A DNA stretch of 64,000 nucleotides, from contig NC_086097.1 in NCBI RefSeq assembly GCF_963921235.1, forward strand, positions 8,618,001-8,682,000, given 5' to 3'. Shown piece by piece: positions 1-12,309 of the stretch. The position numbers were made by a program, and so were the translations under genes. Source of the stretch: Mobula hypostoma (lineage: Eukaryota). The notes under the pieces were generated by a model, which saw only the letters and a program-made list of their open reading frames with translations, had not been told where the DNA came from and did not search any database. Position 1 is the first letter of the stretch, and each line of letters begins with the position of its first letter.

Positions 1-413
1 CATTTGCTTTGTTCATGATACTCCTTGCATTAGAATAGACACATTTCAAACCATTAGTTTGATTGCATCCCTTCTCTATCACCTGCCTATCCTCCCTCTT
101 ACGTTGCCTACACACTTTCTCTATTTGTACCCCAAGCGCCCCCTCTCTGTCTCTTCAGTTTAGTTCCCACCCCCCAGCAATTCTAGTTTAAACTCTCCCC
201 AATAGCCTTAGCGAATCTCCCTGCCAGGATATTGGTCCCCTTCGGATTCAAGTGCAACCCATCCTCTTTGTACAGGTCACGCCTGCCCCAAAAGAGATCA
301 CAATGATGCAGAAATCTGAATCCCTGTCCCCTGCTCCATTCCCTCAGACATGCCTTTACCCTCCAGCTCACTCCATTCCTATACTCACTGTCGCGTGACA
401 CAGGCAGTAGTCC
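1..413 (-). mobile_element. CR1-clade LINE fragment: end of ORF1 (SGNH/GDSL esterase), spacer and start of ORF2, running off the window start
   Basis: ORF 183..401 ends ...LFWGRRDLYKEDGLHLNPKGTNILAGRFAKAIGESLN (DGLHL esterase motif); the minus strand near 1-57 reads LKCVYSNARSIMNKAN (start of the APE endonuclease). Confidence 0.85.
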
Positions 414-415
414 TG

Positions 416-3400
416 TATCATATCGTAGGAAAGGCAGATGATCTCAGGGCATGGATCAATACCTGGAATTACAAAATTGTAGCCATTAGTGAGATTTGGT
501 AGCAGGAGAGGCAGGACTGGCAGCTCAATATTCTGGGGTTCGGTTGTTTTAGATGCGACAGAGCAGGAGGAATTAAAGGAGGAGGGGTTGGCGTTGCTAG
601 TCAGGGAAAATGTCATGGCGGTGCTCAGTCAGAATAGACTGGAGATCTCATCTAGTGAGGACTTATGATGGAAATGAGAAATAGGAAAGATATGAGCACG
701 TTAATGGGGCTGCATTACAGGCCACTCAACCGTCCGAGGGATTTAGAAGAACAAATTTGCAGAGAGATCGCAGACTGTTGTAAGAAACACAAAGTTGTTA
801 TAGTAGGTGATATTAACTTTCCATCCATTGAATGGAACTCCCATACTGTGAAAGGACTAGATGGGATAGCATTTGTAAAATGTGTTCAGGAAAGTTTCCT
901 CATTAGTATTTAGAAGTCCCAATTAGAGAGTGCGCAGCACTTGATCTGCTATTATAGAATGAGAGAGGGCAGGTGATAAAAGTTTGTGTTGGGAAACACT
1001 TTGGATGTAGAGATTACAATGCCATTTACTTCATGGCTTGGCTTCACAAACGAAGATTTAGGAAGGGGGCTGCCCACGTCCGCTGTAGACTCGTTGGTGG
1101 CTGATGAGGCCAATACGGGACAGGCCAGGCTCGGCCACAGCGACTGCAAGGGAAATTCTGTTCTGGGTTTGGTGCTGCAGTGTCACGGTTCTTCCTCCTT
1201 CTCCTTTTGTCCTCAATGCCAGCCCTGCGTGCGTTCTCGAAGGAGGAAACAGACTGGTGAATGGTGTGTCACCAGGCCTCGCGATCGGAGGCTAGATTAG
1301 ACCACTGGCGATGGTCAATGTGACAGGCACCAAGGGATTCCTTCAGAGAGTCCTTGTACCTTTTCTTCGGTGCCCCTCTGTCACGGTGGCCAGTGGAGAG
1401 TTCACCATACAGCACAATCTTGGGCAGGCAATGATCCTCCATCCTGGAGACGTGCCCTGCCCAGCGCAGCTGCGTCTTCAACAGCATGGCCTCGATTCTG
1501 GTGACCTCCGCCTGTTTGAGGACTTCGATGTTGCTGACGAAGTCACTCCGGTGGATGTTGAGGATGGTGTGGAAGCAGTGCTGGTGGAAATGCTCAAGGA
1601 GTCGTAGGTGGTGACGGTAGATGACCCAGGACTCAGACCGTACAGGAGGGTGGTCAGTACAACGGCTCTGTACACGCTGATCTTTGTGCCTTTCTTCAAA
1701 TGCTTGTTGTTCCAGATTCTTTGTACAGCCTGCCAAATGCACCGTTTGCCTTTGTCCGTCTGTTGTCAATCTCTTTGTTGATCTTGGCATCTGACGAGTT
1801 GGTGCACCCCAGGTAGCTGAACTGGTGGACTGGCTTCAGCTCTACCTCACCGATGGTGATGCAGGGAGGGTGGTAATCTTCCTGAGGTGTGGGCTGATGG
1901 AAAACTTCTGTCTTCTTCAAGCTGATTTCTAGTCTGAAGAGCTCGGCAGCCTTTGCAAAGCAGGATGTTATATGCTGCAGGGCTGTCTCTGTGTGGGCAA
2001 CAAGGGCAGCAACAATGCCATTAGTTTCAAAGTAAATATGCAAAAAGAAAGTCTGCTCTGTGGATTAAAATTTTAAATTGGAGAAAGGCCAATTTTGATG
2101 GTATAAGAAAGGATCTGGCAAGTGTAGATTGGAACAGGATGTTTTCTGGAAAGAACAGAGTTGTAAAAAGGAGGCCTTAAAAAGTGAAATTTTGAGAGTA
2201 CAAAGCATGTATGTGCCTCTCAGAATAAAAGATAAAGATGGCAAGGAACCTTGGTTTTCAAGAGATATTGAGGCCCTGGTTAAGAAAAAAGATGTGAATG
2301 GCAGGTATAGGCAAATAGGGATAACGGAGGTGCATATGAAGCATTATAAATTCACTTAAAAAAGAAATCAGGAGGGCTAAAAGAGGCATGAAGTTGCTAT
2401 TGCAGACAAGGTGAAAGAGCAAAAGGATTGCAAGTCACAAAACTGGTCCTCTGGAAGATCAAATTGCCAATCCATGAGTGAAGCTAAAAGAGATGTGGGA
2501 GATCTTAAATAGATTTTTTGTATCTGTATTTACTCTGGAGATGAACGGAGAGTCTATAGACGTGAGGCAAAATGGCATCAACTTCATGGACCCTGTACAG
2601 ATTATGGAGCAGGAGGTGTTTGCTGTTTGAATGCAGATTAGGGTGGATAAATCCCTAGGGCATGACAAGGGATTGGATCCTTTGGGAGACAAGTGTAGAA
2701 ATTACTGGGGCGCCAGCAGAGATATTTAAATCATCCCTGGAGACAGATGAAGTACCAGAGATTTGGAGGATATCTCGTGTTGTTTTGCTATTCAAGAAAG
2801 ACTAACAATAAACCAGGACATTATAGGGCCAGTGACTCTGGCATCAGTCATGGGAAAGTTTTGGAAGGTATTCCGAAGGACTGAATATGTAAGTATTTGG
2901 ATAGACATGAATTGATTAAGGATGGTCAGCATGGCTTTGTGCATGGTAGGTCATGTCTAACCAATCTTGTAGAATTTTTCAAAGAAGTTACCAAGGAAGT
3001 AGATGAAGACAAGGCAGTGGATGTTGTCTACATGGACCTTAGTAAGGCATTTGACAAGGTCCCTCATGGAAGGTTGGTCAAGAAGCTTCAGTCACTCGGC
3101 ATTCAAGATAAAGTTGTAAATTGAATTAGACATTGTCTTTGTGGGAGAAGCCAGAGAGTGGTAGTAGATGGTTGCCTCTCTGACTTGAGACGTGTGACTA
3201 GTGGTTTGCCGCAGGGATCGGTGCTGGGTCCATTGTTGCTTGTTATCTATATCAACGATCTGGATAATAATGTGGTTAACTGGGTTAGCATATTTGTGGA
3301 TGACACCAAGATTGGGAGTGCAGTGAACAACAAGGAAGGCTATCATGACTTGCAGTGGGATCTAGACAAATGAAAAAATGGGATGAAGAAATGGCAGATG

Positions 3401-4185
3401 GAAATTAATGCAGACAAGAGGGATGTGTTCCACTTCGGTAGGAACAACCAGGGTAGGTCTTACATAGGGGACTAAGGAGTGTAGTAGAACTAAGGGATCC
3501 AGGCATACAGGTCCATAATTCATTGAAAGTGGCATCACGGGTAGATAGGATTGTAAAGAAAGCTTTTGGCACATCGGCCATCATAAATCAGAATATTGAG
3601 TACAGGAGATGGGATGTTATTTTGTAGCTGCATAAGACATTTGTGAGGCCTAATTTGGAGTTCTGGGTCACCTACCTACAGGGAAGATGTAAATAAGCTG
3701 AAAAGAGTGCAGCGAAAATTTACAAGGATGTTTCCAGGTCTGGAGGACCTGAATTATAAGGAAAGATTGAATATGTTAGGAATTTATTTCTTGGAATGTT
3801 GAAGATTGAGACGAGATTTAATAGAGGTGTACAAAGTTATGCAGTGTATAGACAGGGTAAATACAACCAGGCTTTTTCCCACTGAGGTTGGGTGAGACTT
3901 CAACTGGAAGTTACGGGTTAAGGTGAAAGGTGAGAATTTTAAGGGGAGCATGAGGGGAAACCTCTTATCTCAGAGGGGCATGAGAGTGTGGAATGAGCTG
4001 CCAGCACAAGTGGTGCATGCAAGCTTGATTTTAGCATTTAAGAGAAATTTGGATAGGTACATGGATGGTAGGGACATGGAGGGCTAAGATACAGGTAATT
4101 GAGAACAGGCAGTTTAAGTGTTTTGGAATGGACTAATGGGCTGAAGGGTCTGTTTCTGTGCTATACTTTTCTATAGCTCTATAGG
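416..4185 (+). mobile_element. Degenerate CR1/HER1-type LINE, near-complete ORF2 (APE endonuclease + RT) and 3' tail, interrupted by an RTE at 1027-2011
   Basis: Fragments IVGKADDLRAW, HYRPLN, VIVGDINFP, QHGFVHGRSCLTNL, YMDLSKAFDKVPH, GLPQGSVLGP, FVDDTK; CR1 3' end ...tgtttctgtgctatactttttctatagctctatag. Many stops and frameshifts. Confidence 0.92.
1027..2011 (-). mobile_element. 5'-truncated RTE-clade LINE (end of RT to C-terminal C2H2 finger) inserted in CR1
   Basis: ORFs 1696..2043 (FSYLGC) and 1269..1790 (QLRWAGHVSRMEDHCLPKIVLYGEL); FPCSRCGR..SRIGLISH near the 3' end; 11-bp TSD acaatgccatt at 1016-1026 and 2012-2022. Confidence 0.92.
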
Positions 4186-4410
4186 TGAGCTGCCAGCTAT
4201 GGCTGATGAGCTCTATCTGCCCAAAGCAACTGGTTTCAAGGTGCCAGTAACCCACCTATGTCCTCTTATCAGTGGCTAAGCCACACATGAAGGGCATGAG
4301 CTGGATTTGGTTGTCAGAGGCTATTTGAGATGCAAGTCATTGTGAGAATCTAATAGGTAGTGAGAGCTTATCCCACTACCTCCCCCCTCGGCTATGGCAA
4401 CTTTAAGGAT
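4185..4410 (-). repeat. Interspersed repeat fragment, homologous in opposite orientation to 56120-56415; possibly a LINE 5' UTR
   Basis: Shared segments such as gcccaaagcaactggtttcaaggtgc / gcaccttaaaaccagttgctttggc and gtgagctgccagc / gctggcagctcac. Confidence 0.55.
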
Positions 4411-5555
4411 CCTTTGATGTAACACCAGAGATAAAACATTAACATAAAAAATGTGCTCATTGCAGATGCACACTGCTGGCCCCATGACAAACTTGAATTA
4501 CTGCTAAATATGGGGCCATCAGCAACATCATGGGTTAATTAACCACATAAAACAATCCAGGTTCTTCAGCTTTTTAAATAAGTTTCATTTTGAAAACACC
4601 TGCAGCTCCATTAATGAAAAGCTTTGTCACGTTGTCATGGTGTCAAAAGAATGAACTCTTTTGCCAGTGATGTGCAAACTCAAATTTTTGCATTGAGTAA
4701 GTGTTTTCCCAAGCATTGAATATAAAAGACAAGATATGGTTTACAATGACTGTTTGCACAATACATGGACTTATTAAAGGCAAGTCGCATTTGACAAATT
4801 CAATAATGTTTTTTTTCTCTGAAGTAGTGATCACTTCCTATAAATTCATCCCTGGGTCATTAGCACTGAAATACTCAGCTTCTGAAATTTAGTTCGACTG
4901 AAATTAAAAGCACAGAACATGATTCCATTATTACAGACCAAATGAAGAAGGATATCATGGCAAAGACACCTTTTTTTTATACAATTTATAACAAACCAGT
5001 TCAGATACTAAGAGAAGAGAAAACATATCCAGCTGCCAGACATATAGCAAAAGATTAAGTTTAATGAGTGTTGATTTTGATTGGTTAATCAGAGGCTGGC
5101 ATACTTCAGGCTCAGTGGTGCATCCAATTACTCTCCTGAAAATGCAATATTATGTATAATTGCTTGAGTTTGTTGAAAACAAAACTCATACTGTTCTACA
5201 CAAATTCAGATAAGCACTCGCCTTCTAAATGGTCATGAAAATTAACTCAACACTGGAGGAAATCAGCAAGTCAGGTTGCATCTTTGTAGTGAATAAACAG
5301 TCGATGACAAAGAGTGGGAAGAAAGGGACTTTTCTCGACTGGCATGTTGTAGCCAGTGGGATACTCCTACAGTATTGAAAATTTGCTGCTAGACTTGCTT
5401 CAGATTTCTATACATGTGGCTGCAAGATGGTCATCATTGAGAAGTGGTCAGGTAAAAATCCTGCTTCTGACATTGGACTCTTTGAGTAATTATCTGGATA
5501 AATGGTTCAATATTGAGCTCAGCTTTGAAGGGCAAAATTGAATCATTTTGCCATA

Positions 5556-5915
5556 CTTACTTACTTCCTGTTAGGCCTGCTGACATTAAGGGCGGCAATG
5601 AAGGTCCTCCATCTCTGTCTGTTCTTGGCCATCTCCCTATCGTGCCCGGGATGTGGTTCAACATCCACAATGTTTCACACAGATGTAGAAGGATTTTTCA
5701 TTGTTGTTTCTGTAACAGTTTGGTTTGACCTGTTATGGTTTTTAGCCCTGTGCTGAATCCCCAAACCTGGAGAACTGGTGCACCACTCTTTGTCTGGCCT
5801 CCACACTTTGATCTGTTTGGCATGTGTGACCCTACCAAGAGCCAAAGCATAAAGCCCTGACTCCAGCTAGCATTGCTCTCTGGATCACTGAGGCACACAA
5901 GCCTCCAAACCACCA
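5556..5915 (-). mobile_element. Bipartite non-autonomous RTE (Expander/Rex3-like 5' UTR fused to the RTE 3' end with a TAAG tail)
   Basis: Minus strand ends AKNRQRWRTFIAALN..* then aagtaagtaa; the 5' part has the ctcttggtagggtcac..ggccagacaaagagtgg motif. Second copy at 48810-49430. Confidence 0.7.
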
Positions 5916-6034
5916 TATAGTTATGTCCTCTTGTTAGATTTTGCCTTTCTGGAATAACAAATTTGCCTATTTCTCTATTGCTGTAATTTATAAATTTAAA
6001 CCTAGAATGTCCATAATGGATTTGTAATCTGTAG

Positions 6035-6845
6035 CAGAACATCAATAATTTCAGATATGCAGATGACACTGTGTTAATTGCAAGTACGGAGGAAGAACTA
6101 CAAAACGTAATTGATATAGTTGTTGAAGAAAGTGCAAAAATGGGTCTATATATCAATTGCAAAATGACAGAATGTATGGTGATATCCAGAAAGAAGGAGA
6201 ATCCTGTCTGCAGGCTGAGAATAAACAGGGAAGACATAAAACAAGTACAGAACTTTTGCTACTTAGGAAGCTGGGTGACATCAGGTGGCAGGTGCAACAT
6301 GGACATCAAAAGAAGAATAGGGATGGTAAAAGACACCTTTACGAGAATGAAGAGTATACTGACCAACACTAAACTAGGCATGACAACTCGCCTCAGAGTA
6401 CTGAAATGTTACGTTTATCCAATTATGTTATATGGCTCAGAATGTTGGACAATATCTAGTAAACTGAGGAAAGGAAATGAAGCAGCAGAGGTGTGGTTTT
6501 TGAGGAAGATGCAAAGAATATCATGGATGAAATGAATATCTAAAGAGAATATCATGAACAGAGCAAACACTAAAAGAGAAATAATATATGAGATCATGAA
6601 AGGACAATGTAACTTCATTGGACGTGTAATTAGGAAAGAGGCGTTAGAATGCACGGTACTTATGGGAAAGATTGAAGGGAAGAAAGCAAGAGGAAGACAA
6701 AGACAAATGATGATGGAGACAGCAGCCAGAGAACTGGAAATGAATACTGTACCAATGAATTGATCCACTTGACCTGAAACAGGAGTGTGTGGGCCATGGC
6801 AGCCAAAGCTCAAACTGGGCATGGCACCTGATGATGGTGATGATG
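6035..6845 (+). mobile_element. 5'-truncated RTE (BovB-like) LINE
   Basis: NINNFRYADDTVLIA, FCYLGSW, YPIMLYGSECWT, GKIEGKKARGRQR; (TGA)n tail; 9-bp TSD aatctgtag at 6026-6034 and 6846-6854. Confidence 0.92.
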
Positions 6846-7394
6846 AATCTGTAGTGAGAAACTGGTGAAAATTCTTCATTATAAAATAGATGCCGAGTGA
6901 TTCATTTTCTACCTGCATTCACTTTTACTTAAAGTGCAAGATCTAAATACTCCTGGCTTCTCCTGCCCATCTTCCAAGTTTAAAGTTCAGAGTAAATTCT
7001 ATTATCAAAGTATATATACCATGTACAACCTTGAGATTCATCTTCTTCCAGGCAGCTACGGAACAAAGAAATACAAGAGAATCCACAAAAGATCCCCACA
7101 CAAAGACCAACAAACATCCAATGTGCGAAAAAAGAACAGATTACGTAAACTATAAAAAAACAAACAATACACAGGATATGCACCACAAATCCCAGGTGAT
7201 TCATTTCCACTTTTTAGTTTCAGATATCACATGTGGTTTCACAAGTCCTTGTTGTAGCAGGAAGATACATCTATTACATCTATGCTTAATCATTTTTGTG
7301 CATAAATCTAATGCTGTCAACTCTTTGCCCGATTTCCATTTTGCATTCACCTCAAGGAGCAGGTTCAGTGGTTAAAATGCATGTATGTTATTAT

Positions 7395-7670
7395 TTATCT
7401 ATTTATTCAGATACAGTGTGGAATACGTCCTTTCTGGCCCTTTGAGCCGCACTGCCCACCAATTCCCAATCTAATCCCAGCTAATCATGGGAGATCTACA
7501 ATGACGTACCAACAGGTACACCTTTGGCTGTGGGAAGAAACCGGATCATCTAGAGGAAACACATGCAGTCATACAAACATAAGAACTCCTTATAGACAGT
7601 GGCAGGAATTGAACATGGGTCACCTATACAATACAATGCTGTGCAAACCATTATGCCACTGTAGCACCCC
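7395..7670 (-). mobile_element. HE1-type tRNA-derived SINE (degenerate)
   Basis: Reverse-complement homology to plus-strand copies at 16238-16482 and 61625-61925: tRNA-like head, central ccacagccaaag segment and CR1-like tail. Confidence 0.7.
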
Positions 7671-7767
7671 AAAACATTTGTCTAATACACGATTATAAAA
7701 GACGAGCTGTGCCACATTTTCCATTTTTTTTACCCTTAATACAAGCATCAGTTTTCAATCTCAGATT

Positions 7768-9230
7768 GAGAGTATGCACGGTAGAGAGCATCCTAACATA
7801 CTGCAACACTGCACGGTATGGAAGCTGCACTGTGGCGGACAGGAAGGCTCTACAACAGGTAGTCAAAACTGCCCAATGCATCACTGGCACCAGCCTACAT
7901 TTCATCAAGGGCATACATACAGAAAAGTTGCAGAAAAGGGCCAGTAACATCATGAAGGATCCCATACTACCTGCTCATGGATTGTTTGTCCCACTTCCAT
8001 CAGAGAGGAGGCTACGTAGCATCCACGCCAGGATCACCAGGCTCAAAAACAGTTCCTTTTCCCGAGCAGTAAGGCTGATGAACACATCCACCCACTGAAC
8101 CACCCCTCCACACCCCACACCACCATTACTTTGTCATTTCCTATCAGGGTCACCTTATCTACAGACACCCCTGTGCCTAGTGTCACTTTGCGTACATACT
8201 GTCAATCTATGTATATAAGCCATCTAATGTATTTATATTCATCGTCTTTATTATTGTGTTTTTTATATTACTGTGTTATTTTGTGCTGCATTAGATCAGG
8301 AGTAACAATTATTTCATTCTCCTTTACACTTGTGATGGGGTCCTGAATTACCCCTATGAACTGTGTTCGTTTACACCCATTAACTGTGCTTTTGAAAAGA
8401 GAGAGAGAGTTATTTAACACCAACAACTTGTTTTTAAAAGAGAGAGAGAGAGATGAAGACTGCTCACAGGTTGTTTATACTTTCTTCAAGGATATTTGCC
8501 TGCTTGTACATTCTTACACAGAGAGAGGAAGGAGGAGTTATTTGAGTGACAGTTGATGCTCAGCATGGGAAGATAAAATAGGAGGTCAGATGATAGACCT
8601 CTGACACATGTTTTGGGACACTGAATGAGCATTGTTGTGCCTGCAGGAAAAGTGGGTTTTGGAGGATCGATCAGGCGGATCAATCCGTCGCTCTTGCAGT
8701 GGAAAGAGGAAAGGGGTTGACCGGTGGGGAGTTGTCCATGTGTCCACCCTCGCCTGGGTGATAGCTCCACCACAGAAAACTGATCCCCTTCTATTGTGGT
8801 CAGTCGGTGACTTTTAAAGGATTTTGAAGGACAATGAGAAGATCGACGGCGTCAGCTTGCCTGAAGACTCAAATCTCTCCCTCTCTCTCTCTCCATCACT
8901 ACTTAACTCAATACCACGAACTGAACTGAACTGAACTGAACTTTACTCATTATCGTAAGACTGTATCTTTTTACCCCTAGACTTAAAGAAGCTTGGTTTT
9001 TCATACATATATTTCCACACTTACTGATATACTTACTTATATGTATATAATCATTGCTAATCTGTTTGAGTTATCTACATTTATATCACTGTATTGCATA
9101 GTTACTAATAAATATTATTAGTTTATAGCAATACTGGACTGCAAAGTGTTTTCCACCTCTGCTGCTTCTTTATTCCCGTCACGGGGTACATAACACACTT
9201 GAGTATTGGAAATGACATTAAACATCTTGA
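7768..9230 (+). mobile_element. Rex1/Babar-clade LINE 3' fragment, with its 3' UTR interrupted by a solo LTR
   Basis: CTVESILTYC..RKALQQVVKTAQCITG..IMKDPILPAHGLFVPLPS..RLKNSSF; the 3' UTR resumes after 9199. The UTR matches 19420-19725 and 39540-39660. Confidence 0.85.
8331..9195. mobile_element. Solo LTR (865 bp), probably Gypsy- or ERV-type
   Basis: Starts TGTGATGGGG, ends GTACATAACA; 4-bp TSD CACT at 8327-8330 and 9196-9199; AATAAA near 9107; removing it restores the LINE tail tttacacttg..tggaaatgacattaaac. Confidence 0.85.
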
Positions 9231-10120
9231 TAGTTATATAAGCATTTTGGAAATTTTTCTAAAATACAGAAGCATCTTCCTCAGTAGTAATGGCAATAAG
9301 AAGGCCTTACTAGCTGAATAAACAATAGTTACATTTTAACCAGGGTCTGATCCATTTTAGACATGTATGACAATAAATAATTGCAATGGCAAGGACACAA
9401 TTAACAACTTCAGAAAACTTTTGATAGGTTAAATCTAAAATTAATTCAAAAATTAAGTTATTCTTCCTTGATTAACAAAGGGAAAACAATGTTCATGTGT
9501 CTGTAAATATTTTGTGGAAACAAAATTATTTAACTATATGTACATCTGATTGTATCTCCTCTCATCACAAAATATTTCTGTGCTGCATTCACTCCATAAA
9601 CACAGTATGTCTAAATGTCTGACTCATAGGTTAACACAAAATCTCTATCTTCATTTGTCAAAATTCAGTCTTTCCACATGCATACATGAGGAATGTAAAT
9701 AGTTGGTTGAATAGGCAAGTTATAAGTGTTCGAATATGCCACAGTAGTGTAGCGTTTAGCACAATGCTATTACAGCTTGGGATGTCGGTGCTTGAGTTCA
9801 ATTCCAGCATCAGATATCAGGGGTAAGGTTTTTTTACTCAGAGTAGTGAGTGCGTGGAATGGGCTGCCAGCAACGGTGATGGAGGCGGATACGATAGGGC
9901 CTTTTAAGAGACTTTTGGATAGGTACATGGAGCTCAGAAAACTAGAGAGCTATGGGTAACCCTAAGTAATTTATCAGGTAAGGATATGTTCGGCAAAGTT
10001 TAATGGGCCGAAGGGCCTGTATTGTGCTGTAGGTTTTCTATGATTCTATCACTTGTAAGGAGTCTGAACGTCCTCCTACTGGAATACATGGGTTTTCTTC
10101 AAGTGTTTCGATGTACTCCA

Positions 10121-10237
10121 ACACTCACAACACGCTGGAGGAACTCAGCAGGTCGGGCAGTATCCGTGGAAACAATCAGTCAACGTTTCGGGCTGGAGCC
10201 CTTCATCAGGAGTGAAGAGGGAAGGGGAAGAGGCCCT
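10121..10237 (-). mobile_element. Penelope-like pLTR fragment (second subfamily)
   Basis: acaacacgctggaggaactcagcaggtcgggcag..caacgtttcgggc..cccttcatcagg; same subfamily as 49131-49266. Confidence 0.8.
10177..10214 (-). ncRNA. Variant minimal hammerhead ribozyme motif
   Basis: Minus strand CACUC-CUGAUGA-A-GGG-cuccag-CCC-GAAAC-GUU-GACUG; helix I has one mismatch; GUU cleavage triplet. Confidence 0.6.
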
Positions 10238-10516
10238 CAACTTCCTTCTTAACTCCCTGTAGTCTATTTTTAGGACCTCCTCCCTTTTCCCACCTATGTC
10301 ATTGGTACCAATATGTGCCATGACCTCTGGCTGTTCTCCCTCCCACTGCAGGATATCATGGACACGATTTGAAACATCTCGGACCCTGGCACCTGGGAGG
10401 CAAACTACCATCCGAGTTTCTTTCCTGCATCCACAGATTCGCCTGTCTGACACTCTAACAATAGAGTCCCCTATCACTATTGCCTTTCTCTTCCTTTCCC
10501 TACCCTTCTGAGCCAC
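10238..10516 (-). mobile_element. CR1 ORF1 esterase fragment
   Basis: KAIVIGDSIVR..VVCLPGARVRDV..HIGTNDIG (GDSL/SGNH blocks I-III). Confidence 0.88.
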
Positions 10517-10710
10517 AGTCCAAAGTCATACTGGTAGGTTAATTGGTCAGTGTAAAATTGTCTCTGATTAGGCTATGGTTAAATCAGGCATTGCTAGGCA
10601 GCGCAATTTGAAGGGCCAGAAGGGCCTATTCTGCACTGTGCCTCAATAAATAAATAAATAATATAATATATTTTACCATTTCTTTGTGTTTCTCTATATC
10701 TTCTGCTATG

Positions 10711-11020
10711 TGGGCAGAATAGTAGCGCAGTGATTAGCCTAACATTTTACAGCATCAGTGATCCAGGTTCCTGCCGCTGTCTGTAAAAAGTTTCTAAGTT
10801 CTCCGAGTGACCACATGGGTTCCCATCCGTTGCTCTATTTTCCACCCCCAGATCAGAGACGCATGGGCTAAGGTTAGTAAGCTGTGAACATGTGATGTTG
10901 GCACAGTGACTCATGCTGGCTCTATCCAGCACATTCATGGATGGTGTTGGTCGTTGACACAAACAATGCACTTCACTGTATGCTCCAATGTTTCTATGCA
11001 CCAGTGACAAATAAAGATAT
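10711..11020 (+). mobile_element. tRNA-derived SINE with HE1-like head and a different tail ending gtgacaaataaag
   Basis: tagtagcgcagtgattagc head; 3' part matches 13530-13865 and, reversed, 30345-30630. Confidence 0.6.
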
Positions 11021-11173
11021 CCTCCTTCTTCTTCTTCATGTCTGGTTCTGAAGTAAGAAATATGTGCATTGCTACATTGAGTGATCTCGCAAAGCATCGC
11101 TGGAAAACATCCATTTCACATAAATGCTTTGAAAATCACTGATTTGGAAAGGATATCCATAATTAAGGAATTA

Positions 11174-12011
11174 CAAGACGAACACCCCTTATCCAAAATA
11201 GTTGGAGCTCTAAATTTGTGGATTTTTTTGTATTTTGGAATATTTGTATCTACATAATGAGATACCTTGGGGATGGGACCCAAGTTAAACACAAAAAACA
11301 TTTACATTACATATACATATACATTGAAGGCAGTTTTATCTAATAATTTAATAACTTTGTACACGAAACAATAATGGGTACATTGAACCATCAGAAAAGT
11401 AAGCTGTCACTACCTTATTTGCAGAGGTAGACAGTTAGAGGCTGTTCAGCATTGCCATCATTCCAACTCTGAATTAATGTGCAACCAGTAAGCAGTCTTT
11501 GTCCTACACTTGTTCATCGCACAAATGTACTGATGCAGTCGTTCAGTGTGTTAAATTTTTATCAGCGAAGATCTTGCCAAACTCATCAATGAATTTCTCT
11601 GCTGCTTCATGATCAGCAGACGCTTTATCCCCACAAATCTTTAAAAAAAATCCTGTGCTTTTCTTAAATTTCTGCAACCAGCCTGCTGAATATTCACAAT
11701 AACTTTCAATTTTCAGTTTGTCATGACAGATTAATGAACAGCATACCTTTAAGTGGCCTATGTTGACTTCAACACAGCTGAATCCACTCTTTCAATACAC
11801 ATTCAAGATCTTCATTCTTCACTCTATGCAGTGTTTTTTTTCTATTTTTCATTAACTTCTGTTCATTACATATGTGAGGTCACTTCTCAGAACTATGATG
11901 TACAGAACTCGTTCCCAGAGCCTTATGGAATCTTCCATTTGTGACGTCATGTCAAAAAAAATTGAATTTCAGAGGTTTTCAGATTGTGGAATTTCAGGTA
12001 AGGGAAACCTG
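11174..12011 (-). mobile_element. Internally deleted pogo/Tigger DNA transposon resembling Tigger4 (Zombi)
   Basis: TA at 11172-73 and 12012-13; degenerate TIRs (caagacgaacaccccttatcc / ggtaagggaaacctg); minus strand at ~11560-11695 reads EYSAGWLQKFKK..KICGDKASADHEAAEKFIDEF (CENP-B-type transposase). Confidence 0.82.
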
Positions 12012-12309
12012 TATAATGAAATGAATGCTTTATAAAGATGATAATATGGGTTAATATTGTCTCTCTTCAGGTAGTGATATTACAAAGTCATGTTAAAATG
12101 GGACTGTATGCCTTATTGCATCATCAATATTATGGTATGGTTGTCTCTAATTTGAATGACAGCTGATTTTTCTAAATGAAAGGCTCTTCTTAACGTAAAT
12201 AGAAATATTTTCACACTTTATTAAATAGCCTTATTCTAAATTTAAACTATTTATATGAATAGAATGGCTTCAGCTACTTAATACTGGTTTGGTAAAACAG
12301 TGAGAGATG

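Larger units (their letters stand above)
9738..10662 (+). mobile_element. HE1-type SINE split by a CR1 3' tail (~9812-10050) and a Penelope/CR1 chimera (~10121-10517)
   Basis: Head tagtgtagcgtttagc..gagttcaattcc; body resumes at 10051 and again at 10517 (cagtccaaag..taattggtca); tail tcaataaataaataaa. Confidence 0.7.
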
